64,000 bases of DNA from Alphaproteobacteria bacterium (lineage in GTDB: Bacteria > Pseudomonadota > Alphaproteobacteria > UBA828): NCBI GenBank assembly GCA_965243375.1, contig CBDEUT010000008.1:872560-936559 (forward strand), read 5' to 3'. This document shows, one piece after another, positions 54,279-63,687 of this stretch. Both the position numbers and the translations under genes were made by a program. Numbering within the stretch: the stretch's first letter is position 1; every line of letters starts with the position of its first letter. The notes beneath the pieces were generated by a model. The model searched no databases, had not been told where the DNA came from, and saw nothing but the letters and a program-made list of their open reading frames with translations.

Positions 54279-55289
54279 TCATGCCCCGACCTCTTCCCAC
54301 CGGCCGCTTTCGCCCGAGCGCACCAGCGCATCCAGCGCCCGCATCATCTTGACCGACTCCTCCAGCGGGAAGAACGGCGGCGCCTCGCCCCGCACCACCG
54401 CGCAGAACCGTTCCGCCTGCGGCACGTACTGGTTGACCCGTTCGACGGTCTCGACCTCCGCGTCAATCGGCGCCCAGATATCGCGTGGGCCGAGGATCGA
54501 GATGCGCGCGTTGCGGGTGTAGTGCTGGGCGAAGGGGTCGGGCAGCTCGATCCGCCCCTCCGTGCCGTGGATCGCCATGTGCTGATGGAACATGAGGCGC
54601 ATGGCGCAGGTGAAGGTCAGGATGCCGGTCGGGAAGGCCAGCATCGCGCTCGTCAGCACGTCGACACCGCTCTCAGGGTCGCGTTCGATGGAGGCGAAGG
54701 CCCGCAGCGGCTCGGCCTCGAAGATGTAGCGCCCGGTGAGCAACGGGTAGACGCCGATGTCGAACAGCGGGCCGCCGCCCATCTCGCGCTTGTTGCGGTA
54801 GTTGTCGGGGTCCTCCAGCCTGAAGCTGAACCAGCCCTGGATCGCCTGCAGGGTGCCGATGCGGCCCGCGCGCACCAGCTCCCGCACCCGCTGCCACTGC
54901 GGGTGGTGGATGACGACATAGGCCTCCTGGATCTGCACGCCGGTCTCGTCGCGGACCGCGATGAGCGAGGCGGCCTCTTCGGCGTCCAGCGCGATCGGCT
55001 TCTCGCAGAGAACGTGCTTTCCGGCGCGCGCCGCTTTCGCCGTCCAGGGCACGTGGAGGTGGTTGGGCAGCGGGTTGTAGATCACGTCGATCGCGGGATC
55101 GGCGAGCAGGGACTCGTAGTCGCCGTAGGCCTGCGCCATGCCGAACTGCTCGGCCACCGCCTCCGCCCTGGCCAACTCGCGGCTCGCGATGGCGTGGACG
55201 CGGACGCCTTCGGTCTGTTGCAGTGCCGGGATCATGTGCTCGATGGCGAATGTCGAGGCGCCGAGCACGCCCCAGGAAAGTTCCGTCAT
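54279..55289 (-). CDS. Gfo/Idh/MocA family oxidoreductase
   Basis: WGVLG, YNPLPNHLH, GKHVLCEKP, GGGPLFDIGVYP. Confidence 0.92.
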   Translation of the reverse strand: MTELSWGVLGASTFAIEHMIPALQQTEGVRVHAIASRELARAEAVAEQFGMAQAYGDYESLLADPAIDVIYNPLPNHLHVPWTAKAARAGKHVLCEKPIALDAEEAASLIAVRDETGVQIQEAYVVIHHPQWQRVRELVRAGRIGTLQAIQGWFSFRLEDPDNYRNKREMGGGPLFDIGVYPLLTGRYIFEAEPLRAFASIERDPESGVDVLTSAMLAFPTGILTFTCAMRLMFHQHMAIHGTEGRIELPDPFAQHYTRNARISILGPRDIWAPIDAEVETVERVNQYVPQAERFCAVVRGEAPPFFPLEESVKMMRALDALVRSGESGRWEEVGA

Positions 55290-55502
55290 CCTCCTGCTCC
55301 CCGTCCCGGCAAACCCGCGCCATCCTGCGGGAAGCCCGGTCCAGGCTCAAGGAAGAGGTCTCGGCAAGGTCGGACCGACCCAAGTCTTCCTCGCTCCAAG
55401 CTCGAACACGGGCCCGCGCGACGGGCCAGTGTCAGTTCTCGAGTTTCGTTCGTGTTCGTTCGCGTCGGCGCGCGGTGTCTCCGACCGGACCTCTCCACCA
55501 CT

Positions 55503-55597
55503 CGTCATGCCCGGACTCGTTCCGGGCATCTCTCTCAGCTGGACTCACCGCACGCGGGGCAAGCACGTGGATGGCCGCAACAAGTGCGGCCATGACG
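55503..55597. repeat. GTCAT...ATGAC palindromic repeat, copy 3 (inverted relative to copy 2)
   Basis: CGTCATGCCCGGACTCGTTCCGGGCATC...GTGGATGGCCGCAACAAGTGCGGCCATGACG. Confidence 0.85.
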
Positions 55598-55657
55598 TGG
55601 GGGGGCGCCGTGCGAGTGGATAGAAACGTCTCCCACAGGGCACCAGAAGCCGCGCGC

Positions 55658-56755
<1,098 letters not shown>

Positions 56756-57014
56756 GGGTCTCGCTACTCGCGAAGCGGGCCGGTCCAGTTCAGCCGGTGG
56801 CCGGCATCCCGACGTATCTCTTGGAACTCCGGAACGCGGTCCCAGGTTCCGCTCGGACGGTATCCACAGGCGCGACGAGGGTCAACTCGACGCGGACCGC
56901 GGCAATGCTTTCGGCGTAACGCCCCGGACCACGGTGCGGTGAACGGCGCGGGGCGGCCGCGTCAGGATCGCGCCATGCGGAACGAGGGCGGACGGGGCGC
57001 CGCAGCTGCGGCGA

Positions 57015-57383
57015 GGCGGCGCTTCCCGGTCGAGCGGCCGCGGCCCGCGCCGCCTGGCTCAGGGACATGCGATGGCTAGACGGCTTCGTCTGTCCCTCGT
57101 GCGGCCACCACAAGGGATGGGCCCTGCGCGGCAAGGCCCACACCTTCGGGTGCGCCGGCTGCCGACGCCAGACCTCGGTGACCGCCGGGCCGATCATGCA
57201 CGCCAGCAAGCTGGCGCTGACCGTCCGGTTCTGGGCTGGGCACGAGGCGTCTACCACGGGCTGCGCCGCAAGCATCTGCAGGCCTACCTCGACGAGTTCG
57301 CCTTCCGCTCCCTCCTCGCCCTCGCCCTCAAAGCCAAACCCATCACCTACAACATCTTGATCAAACCGGAACCATGTGAATAA
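57015..57383 (+). pseudogene. IS1595-family transposase remnant with internal deletion
   Basis: RRFP / WLRDMRW.DGFVCPSCG...CAGCRRQTSVTAG zinc ribbon joined out of frame to the C-terminal GVYHGLRRKHLQAYLDEFAFR; DDE core missing. Confidence 0.85.
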
Positions 57384-57387
57384 GCGG

Positions 57388-57570
57388 TAAGTGGGAATAA
57401 TTGGGATAAGTGGGATTTAGTGGGATAAGTGGGATTTAGTGGGATAAGTGGGATAAGTGGGATAAGTGGGATAAGTGGGATAAGTGGGATAAGTGGGATA
57501 AGTGGGATAAGTGGGATAAGTGGGATAAGTGGGATAAGTGGGATAAGTGGGATAAGTGGGATAAGTGGGA
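57388..57570 (+). repeat. 9-bp tandem repeat (TAAGTGGGA)n, about 20 units
   Basis: 14 consecutive perfect units at 57445-57570, preceded by 6 units (2 perfect; variants TTTAGTGGGA x2, TAATTGGGA, TAAGTGGGAA). Confidence 0.97.
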
Positions 57571-57766
57571 TTCTGCGGCATCCGTAGCGGTCGCAACGAA
57601 GCAGAGTGTCGGCGGCGGCGCGGCGGCGCCCCGCAACCGGCCGTTCCCGCTCATGCTGCGGCCCGAGGCACTCGGCTCGCTCTCGATCGACATGGCACAG
57701 TTCTAGCGCAGGTAGCGCGCGCTGGGCATCGCACCATAGTCCGGGGTACGGCGAGGGCCTTCCCCG

Positions 57767-58198
57767 TCAACTGTCGAGAAGATTGACTATGCGCAGCCCG
57801 GGATAGATCGAGAAGCCGCGATCCAGCGTCACCCATTCGCAGCCGTGTTCAATGGCGAGGGCGGCGTGGTAGGCGTCAGGCAGCCGATTGCCCGTGAGCT
57901 GGAGCGTGACGGTCAAGCCGCGGAATATGCGCCAGTGACCGTCGCCAGGCCGGAGCGTCACGCTCCCCGGCTGAGCCAGCAATGCATCGACGAATTCGAC
58001 CGCCGCGCCGCTGGCCGATGGCGGGTCGAAGATGCGGGCATGCGTCAGCACTCGCAGCACGCTGCTCAGCACGAGTTCCGACAAGCCCACCCGTTCCCTG
58101 CCCGCCAAGGCGTCGTCTAGCCATCTTCGGCTACGCTCGTGGTGGACGGCGTCCTCGCGGAATGCGCTTACCAGGATGTTAACGTCAGGGCACTGCAT
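57767..58198 (-). CDS. vapC: VapC PIN-domain toxin
   Basis: DVNILV, SELVL, PDAYHAALAIEH, TLDRGF. Confidence 0.88.
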   Translation of the reverse strand: MQCPDVNILVSAFREDAVHHERSRRWLDDALAGRERVGLSELVLSSVLRVLTHARIFDPPSASGAAVEFVDALLAQPGSVTLRPGDGHWRIFRGLTVTLQLTGNRLPDAYHAALAIEHGCEWVTLDRGFSIYPGLRIVNLLDS

Positions 58199-58424
58199 CC
58201 ATGATCGCCAGGAGCGCGGCGTTGTCGGTCAGGTCCACGCCAGGTTGCACGCCTTTTCCGCGAAACGTTGGAATGCGCGGTGCGTCGGTAGTGGCGCCGG
58301 CAGGTCCCGTCAGATACTCGCGGAGCGCCTGCTCGAAAGTTTCCTTCAAGGTCTTGCGCTCGTTCGCTGCGCGCGTCTTGACTGCCTTCAGCAGCGCGTC
58401 GTTGACTTCGATGGTCGTTCTCAT
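58185..58424 (-). CDS. vapB: VapB ribbon-helix-helix antitoxin
   Basis: MRTTIEVNDALL...PGVDLTDNAALL; overlaps the vapC start. Confidence 0.85.
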   Translation of the reverse strand: MRTTIEVNDALLKAVKTRAANERKTLKETFEQALREYLTGPAGATTDAPRIPTFRGKGVQPGVDLTDNAALLAIMDAVP

Positions 58425-58433
58425 GTGCGAATA

Positions 58434-58455
58434 TGTAACATCAATTATGCTTACA
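58434..58455. promoter_or_regulatory. AT-rich inverted repeat, candidate VapBC operator
   Basis: TGTAACAT-CAATT-ATGCTTACA immediately upstream of vapB. Confidence 0.4.
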
Positions 58456-58616
58456 CACAATCACGCTTGAGAGCTTCGAGACGAAGCACGGCCGTTGCCG
58501 CCTCAATCGTCGAACCGGGACGCGAACCGTGACCGCGGTTAGACTTCCGGGCTAGTCTAAGTGGCCATTGGGGCAATAACCCCCACGGGCGGCGGGTGAG
58601 AGACGGCAGGCGGGAC

Positions 58617-59771
58617 ATGAGCGAGGCGCAGCCCGCGAGCACTGAGACGGGCAATCGCGAGGCGGCGCTTGCCGCGCTCTACGACGACGTCCACCGCGGC
58701 CACATGTTTCCGTTCTGGGCGACCACCACCGACGTCGCGCACGACGAGATCAGGCAACTTATGGGGAGTCGCGGCGCCATCCCCTATCTCTGGCGCTACG
58801 AGAGCGAGATCGGGCCCCTGCTCCGCCGCTCGGCCGAGCTGGTCTCGATGGCGGACTCCGAGCGCCGCTCGCTGATCCTGGTGAACCCCGGCCTCGCGCC
58901 GACGCGCGCGACGGTCTCCACCATGTACTCCGCCTACCGGCTTAACGACCCTAACGAGGTGATGCCGCCTCACCGGCACTCGCCCAATGCCATCCGCCTC
59001 GGGCTCACGGGCTCGATGAACTTCACCGGCGTCGAAGGCGAGGACATCGTTTTCGGCCCCGGCGACATGGTGCTGACACCGCAGGACACCTGGCACAACC
59101 ACGGCAACAAGGGCGACGAGCCTGCCGTGAACCTCTCCGTGCTCGACCTGCCGCTGGTCGAGGTGCTCAACGCGATCTACTTCGAGCTCGACTACAAGGA
59201 AGAGAAAGACGGCCGCGCGGTCTCCGCGAAGGAGCAGTCCGCCCGCTTTAGTGCCGACTATTCGGCGGAGGTCTACGGCTCGGGCGGCCTGATGCCCTGC
59301 TTCGTCCCTCACGGGCGCGGCAGCGGCACCGGCTCGCCCATGTACGTCTACCGCTGGGAGCCGATGCGCGAGATGCTGGAGGCGCACCGCGACCGCGACG
59401 GCGACCCCCACGAGGCCCTGATGGTGGAGTACGTGGACCCCACGCGTGGCGGCCCGGTGTTCAGGACCATGACCTTCTACGCCCAGATGCTGCGGCCCGG
59501 CGAGAAGACCCGGCCGCTGCGGCAGACCGCGAGCTTGCTGGTCTCGCCCCTCGAAGGGCAGGGCCACAGCATCGTGGGCGAGACCCGCTTCGTCTGGCGG
59601 CCCTTCGACACGCTCGCGGTGCCGGGTGGCGAATGGTGCCACCACGTCAACGAGTCGGAGACCGAGCCCGCAATCCTCTTCGTGGCGAGCGACAAGCCGG
59701 CGCTCGCCGCGCTCGGGCACTTCAAGAAATGGGGCCGCGACGAGGCCGGCGATAGCGTTCGCCTCGTCTAG
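58617..59771 (+). CDS. gentisate 1,2-dioxygenase-like bicupin
   Basis: ERRSLILVNPGL, PPHRHSPNAIR, TPQDTWHNH; YVDPTRGGPVFRTM; the second cupin lacks HxH. Confidence 0.85.
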   Translation: MSEAQPASTETGNREAALAALYDDVHRGHMFPFWATTTDVAHDEIRQLMGSRGAIPYLWRYESEIGPLLRRSAELVSMADSERRSLILVNPGLAPTRATVSTMYSAYRLNDPNEVMPPHRHSPNAIRLGLTGSMNFTGVEGEDIVFGPGDMVLTPQDTWHNHGNKGDEPAVNLSVLDLPLVEVLNAIYFELDYKEEKDGRAVSAKEQSARFSADYSAEVYGSGGLMPCFVPHGRGSGTGSPMYVYRWEPMREMLEAHRDRDGDPHEALMVEYVDPTRGGPVFRTMTFYAQMLRPGEKTRPLRQTASLLVSPLEGQGHSIVGETRFVWRPFDTLAVPGGEWCHHVNESETEPAILFVASDKPALAALGHFKKWGRDEAGDSVRLV

Positions 59772-59819
59772 GGGGCGCAAGCCGGCGGACCCGCATCCAC
59801 CAGAGGGAGCACGAAAGAC

Positions 59820-60743
59820 ATGACCACGGCAGCGGTGATCGGCCTCGGCACCATGGGGCCCGGCATGGCGGCAACGCTCGCGCGCGGCGGGCTCACGGTG
59901 CGCGCCTTCGATACGGAGGCGGCACAGCTCGAGAAGGCGCCGGGCACCGCCGGCATCGCGTTCGGTGTGCTCGAAAAACTCGGGATGCCCGATCGCGGCG
60001 GGGCCGACGCCATCAGCTATCACGACACCCTGGCCGATGCCGTGGCGGGCTGCGATCTCGTCCTGGAGAGCGTGCCCGAGAAGGTCGAGATCAAGCGCGC
60101 CGTGTTCGCGGACCTGGACAAGCTGGTCTCGAAGGAGTGCATCCTCGCCTCCAATACCTCGGGCATCCCCGTGACCACGCTGCAGGAGGGCAACTCGGCG
60201 CCCGGCCGGGTGGTCGGCATGCACTGGTCGAACCCGCCCTTCATCATCCCGGTCATCGAGGTCATCGCCGGCGCCGAGACCACGCAGGCCACCTGCGATG
60301 CGATGGTGCAGGCGATCAAGGACCTCAACCTGCTGCCCGTGGTGGTGAAGAAGGACGTGCCCGGCTTCGTCGAGAACCGCATCCTCTACGCGATCATGCG
60401 CGAGGCCTGCGATCTGGTGGAGAACGGCGTGATCGAGCCGGAGGGCCTCGACACCTGCGTCTCCTGGGGCATCGGCTACAAGCTCGCGGTCGTCGGCCCG
60501 ATGTCGCTGCTCGACATGGCCGGCCTCGACATCTACCAGGCTGTCGGCAGCTACCTGAACGCCGACCTCTGCAACCGCGACAACGTGAGCGGCTACATCA
60601 CGGAGCGGACCGAGAAGGGCGATCTCGGCATGAAGACCGGCACCGGCATCTTCTCCTACACGCCTGACGACATCAAAGCCCTGCAAGGCAAGCGGGCCGG
60701 CCAGCTCGTCGCCGTCCGCCGCGCGCTCGAAGGCCGCTCGTAG
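59820..60743 (+). CDS. 3-hydroxyacyl-CoA dehydrogenase family, close to 5-formyl-3-hydroxy-2-methylpyridine-4-carboxylate (FHMPC) dehydrogenase
   Basis: IGLGTMGPGMAA.LARGG, GMHWSNPP, VVKKDVPGFVENR, LDTCVSWGIGYK, LVAVRR.LEGR resemble the Mesorhizobium B6-degradation enzyme as recalled. Confidence 0.75.
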   Translation: MTTAAVIGLGTMGPGMAATLARGGLTVRAFDTEAAQLEKAPGTAGIAFGVLEKLGMPDRGGADAISYHDTLADAVAGCDLVLESVPEKVEIKRAVFADLDKLVSKECILASNTSGIPVTTLQEGNSAPGRVVGMHWSNPPFIIPVIEVIAGAETTQATCDAMVQAIKDLNLLPVVVKKDVPGFVENRILYAIMREACDLVENGVIEPEGLDTCVSWGIGYKLAVVGPMSLLDMAGLDIYQAVGSYLNADLCNRDNVSGYITERTEKGDLGMKTGTGIFSYTPDDIKALQGKRAGQLVAVRRALEGRS

Positions 60744-60789
60744 TGCCCCGTTCGGGAAGTTTCTATCTATCTACTCAACGCCCTCTACT

Positions 60790-60874
60790 CGTCATGGCCG
60801 GACTTGATCCGGCCATCCACGTCACCCGTCACTCGATGACGGGCCCGACGGATAAAGATGCCCGGATCAAGTCC
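60790..60874. repeat. GTCAT...ATGAC palindromic repeat, copy 4, truncated at the element junction
   Basis: First hairpin intact. The second hairpin GATGCCCGGATCAAGTCC is identical to copy 2 but lacks the final GGGCATGACG. Confidence 0.85.
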
Positions 60875-62519
60875 CCGTTTTAGCCGAGACCGACAATCCC
60901 GAGCCGGGCGTGCCGTTCCCGCCCTTTCCGCCGCCGTTTTCGGTCCATTCGACGATGGTGGCGAGGTCGCCGTGCAGCGTGGCGTGGACCTCGCCCCATT
61001 TCTCGCCGGGGGTGAGCACGATCCGCTCGATCAGCCCCCGGATGGCGTCCGCCGCCTCGGCGCGCTCGTCGGGGCGCTTCAGCGCCTCGGCAAGCCGCTC
61101 GACCTTGCGCCGGTAGATCGCCGCGACGTTGGGATGGATGTCCGGCAGGTCGGCCGGGACGGCGGCGAGAAGTGCGGTCAGCTCGTCCTGGCGCGCTTCC
61201 AGCTCGCGCAGCCGGTCCGACATGCCTCGCACATAGCCGCCGTCCTCGATGGCCGCGATCATCGAAGCGATCTTCTTCCCGATGGCGGCAAGTTCCCTGC
61301 GGTCGCTCGCGCCCGAAGCGCGACGCTCGCGGTTGAGCCGGTTGGTCTCCTCGGCGTAGGCCCGCATCGCCGCCTCGGCCGCCTCGGGAGCCATCAGCCG
61401 GTGCTTCAGCCCCGTCAGCACCCGCTCCTCGATGACGGTCCTGCGGATGCCCCTGCGGTTCGTGCAGCCGCCCGTGACATGGCCGGTGCAGGAATAGCGG
61501 TCCTGGCCGCGCATCGCATACGGCCCGCCGCACACGGCGCATTCGAGCAGGCCCGACAGCAGGTGGCGGGGCCGGTGGGCCGCGTTCAGCCGGTTCACGT
61601 TCGCCGCGCGCACCCCCGCGATCACCGCCGCGTATTTCTCCGCCTGTTCCGCCTGCCGGTCCTTCACCGCCTGCCACAGCGCGTCGTCTACGATGCGGAG
61701 TTCGGGAACCTCGACCTCGATCCACTCCTCCGGCGGGTTGAGCCGCGTCACCCGCTTGCCGGTCTCCGGGTCCTTCATCCCGCGAAGCCGGTTCCACACC
61801 AGCCGCCCGATATAGAGCGGGTTGTTGAGCACGCCCGTGCCCGCGCTCGCATGGCCGCGCACCGTGCTGTCGCTCCACCGCTTGCCCGTGGGGCCGGGGA
61901 TGCCCTCCGCGTTCAGGCCCCGCGCGATCGCGCGGGGGCTCATTCCTGCGGCATACTCCCGGAAGATGCGCCGCACGACTTCGGCCTGGCCCTCGTTGAC
62001 GGTGCGCTCGCCGCGTATCCGCTCGCCTGCGGCGTCCAGCGCCTTCACCACGTCGTAGCCGTAGCAGATGCCGCCGCCCGCCTTGCCGGCCTCCACGCGG
62101 CCCCGGATGCCCCGGTGCGTCTTCGCCGCGAGGTCCTTCAGGAACAGCGCGTTCATCGTGCCCTTGAGGCCGACGTGAAGCTCGTTGATCTCGCCCTCGG
62201 CCAGCGTCACCACCGGCACGCCCGCGAAGCGAAGATGCTTGTAGAGGATCGCAACGTCGGCCTGGTCGCGGCTCACCCGGTCCAGCGCCTCGGCCACCAC
62301 GACCTCGAACGCGCCCCGCCGCGCGTCCTCGATCAGCCCCTGGATGCCGGGGCGCAGGATCACGCTGTCGCCGGAGATCGCGGAGTCCTTGTAGGTCGCG
62401 GCGACGGTCCAGCCCTCGCGCTCGGCGTGTTCCCGGCAGATACGGAACTGGTCTTCGATGGAAGCGGCCCGCTGCTGGTCGGACGAATAGCGGGCATAGA
62501 GCGCACAGCGAAGGGTCAT
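60867..62519 (-). CDS. large serine recombinase (integrase)
   Basis: YARYSS catalytic Ser motif, DSAISG, RPG, EALDRVSRD, recombinase domain (YGY, IARGLN, NPLYIG), zinc ribbon CAVCG...CTG...C, coiled coil; RBS AGGAG. Confidence 0.95.
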   Translation of the reverse strand: MTLRCALYARYSSDQQRAASIEDQFRICREHAEREGWTVAATYKDSAISGDSVILRPGIQGLIEDARRGAFEVVVAEALDRVSRDQADVAILYKHLRFAGVPVVTLAEGEINELHVGLKGTMNALFLKDLAAKTHRGIRGRVEAGKAGGGICYGYDVVKALDAAGERIRGERTVNEGQAEVVRRIFREYAAGMSPRAIARGLNAEGIPGPTGKRWSDSTVRGHASAGTGVLNNPLYIGRLVWNRLRGMKDPETGKRVTRLNPPEEWIEVEVPELRIVDDALWQAVKDRQAEQAEKYAAVIAGVRAANVNRLNAAHRPRHLLSGLLECAVCGGPYAMRGQDRYSCTGHVTGGCTNRRGIRRTVIEERVLTGLKHRLMAPEAAEAAMRAYAEETNRLNRERRASGASDRRELAAIGKKIASMIAAIEDGGYVRGMSDRLRELEARQDELTALLAAVPADLPDIHPNVAAIYRRKVERLAEALKRPDERAEAADAIRGLIERIVLTPGEKWGEVHATLHGDLATIVEWTENGGGKGGNGTPGSGLSVSAKTGT

Positions 62520-62532
62520 GGTCTCGGGTCTC

Positions 62533-62760
62533 CTATCGGTCGTGCGCCTCCTTCTCCGGCGGCGCATTGTCGTTGGCGGCTTCGGACTGCCGGAACTGCT
62601 CGCGCGCGATCTGGCGCCCGAGAAGCCGGGCGAGCCGCATCACGGCGGCGTCGATCCGCGCTTCCGGCCCGCTGCCCGTCCCGGCCTTCGAGCCGGGGTT
62701 GTCGTTCGCGGCAACGCGGGAAACTCCCTCCCGCTCGCGGCCCTTTCCGTCTCTCCGCAT
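62533..62760 (-). CDS. small hypothetical protein upstream of the integrase (two AANDN motifs)
   Basis: 75 aa; helix IDAAVMRLARLLGRQIAREQF; GGAGG RBS; ends 13 bp before the integrase start. Confidence 0.65.
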   Translation of the reverse strand: MRRDGKGREREGVSRVAANDNPGSKAGTGSGPEARIDAAVMRLARLLGRQIAREQFRQSEAANDNAPPEKEAHDR

Positions 62761-62953
62761 CGCCTCCGCCTTCCCGGATTTCGTGACCCTGGAAGGGAGA
62801 TTTGAACCTGCGAACAGGGCTTGTCAAACCGTCGGGCAAGGGAATTTCCTGCATGGAATCAACTTCTTGGGGCCTCATGTCACCCCTTGGCGGTCCATGA
62901 GGCGACAGGAGGCACCAGGAGGATGATCGAAAAAATCTGAAAAAATTTCGCGA

Positions 62954-63382
62954 TCATCGCGTTTGCGCGTAATCGGCCAGCGTCAGGACGGATTCGCCGT
63001 GCTCGGTCGGTGCCACGGCATTCGCGAATCGGCGGTCCGCCGTCACCACCGTCGCGCCGATGCGGTGCGCGAGCGCGAGATATACGCAGTCGTAGATCGG
63101 GTGGTCGAGGGCCAGCGCCAGACGCACGGCATCGGCGGAAACGAACTCGTCGGCGCTCCAGCGCACCGGGATGTCCGGCAGGTTGTCCAGCAGGACGCCC
63201 GCAGCATGGCGTTCCATCCCGCCTGTCCGCGCCTTGCGCCAGATAGCATTGGCGACCTCGGACGCCATCAGGCGCGGCGCGTGCAGGTCGTGGCCGCTCG
63301 TCGCCAGCTCCCGCGCAACGCCCGCATCCTCCTCGACGACCAGCCACTTGACCGCCACGCTCGCATCGACCACGAAGCGCAT
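62954..63382 (-). CDS. vapC: VapC PIN-domain toxin
   Basis: VVDASVAVKW, EVANAIW, IYDCVYLALA, VTADRR. Confidence 0.9.
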   Translation of the reverse strand: MRFVVDASVAVKWLVVEEDAGVARELATSGHDLHAPRLMASEVANAIWRKARTGGMERHAAGVLLDNLPDIPVRWSADEFVSADAVRLALALDHPIYDCVYLALAHRIGATVVTADRRFANAVAPTEHGESVLTLADYAQTR

Positions 63383-63642
63383 CAGTAGTCGTCGCGATGG
63401 CCGCGGTCGCGGTCCTCGCGGATCAGCACTTCCGCCGGGGTCTGCTTGCGTCCCTCGGTCAAGGGGCGCAGCCGGTCCATGGTCTCCGCGAACGCGGCAC
63501 GCTTCGCTGCCATGTCGTCATCGGCGGCGCATTGCAGAATGTGGCGGGCCTCGCCCTCCAGCGAGCGGTTGTTCAGGGCGGCGCGTCGCTTGAGACGTTC
63601 CACCACATCGTCGTCGAGCCGCCGCACGTTGATCGTCACCAT
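63382..63642 (-). CDS. FitA/Arc-like RHH antitoxin
   Basis: INVRRLDDDVVERLKRRAA.NNRSLEGEAR...LIREDRD; TGATG coupling to the toxin. Confidence 0.88.
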   Translation of the reverse strand: MVTINVRRLDDDVVERLKRRAALNNRSLEGEARHILQCAADDDMAAKRAAFAETMDRLRPLTEGRKQTPAEVLIREDRDRGHRDDY

Positions 63643-63665
63643 CGGTCCGTCTCCAAGTGTCGGTT

Positions 63666-63687
63666 GTCAAATTGTTATCAGATTGAC
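63666..63687. promoter_or_regulatory. imperfect palindrome, candidate TA operator
   Basis: GTCAAATTGTTATCAGATTGAC just upstream of the antitoxin. Confidence 0.45.

Noticed and set aside
57388-57570. CRISPR array
   Set aside because: The units are 9-10 bp and contiguous, with no unique spacers and no cas genes
57436-57693. ORF encoding (SHL)n
   Set aside because: The open frame is a by-product of a 9-bp repeat; there is no other evidence of coding
62780-62830. tRNA gene
   Set aside because: Only a T-loop-like GGTTCAAAT is present; the T-stem does not pair and there are no D or anticodon arms. Kept only as a possible att-like motif.
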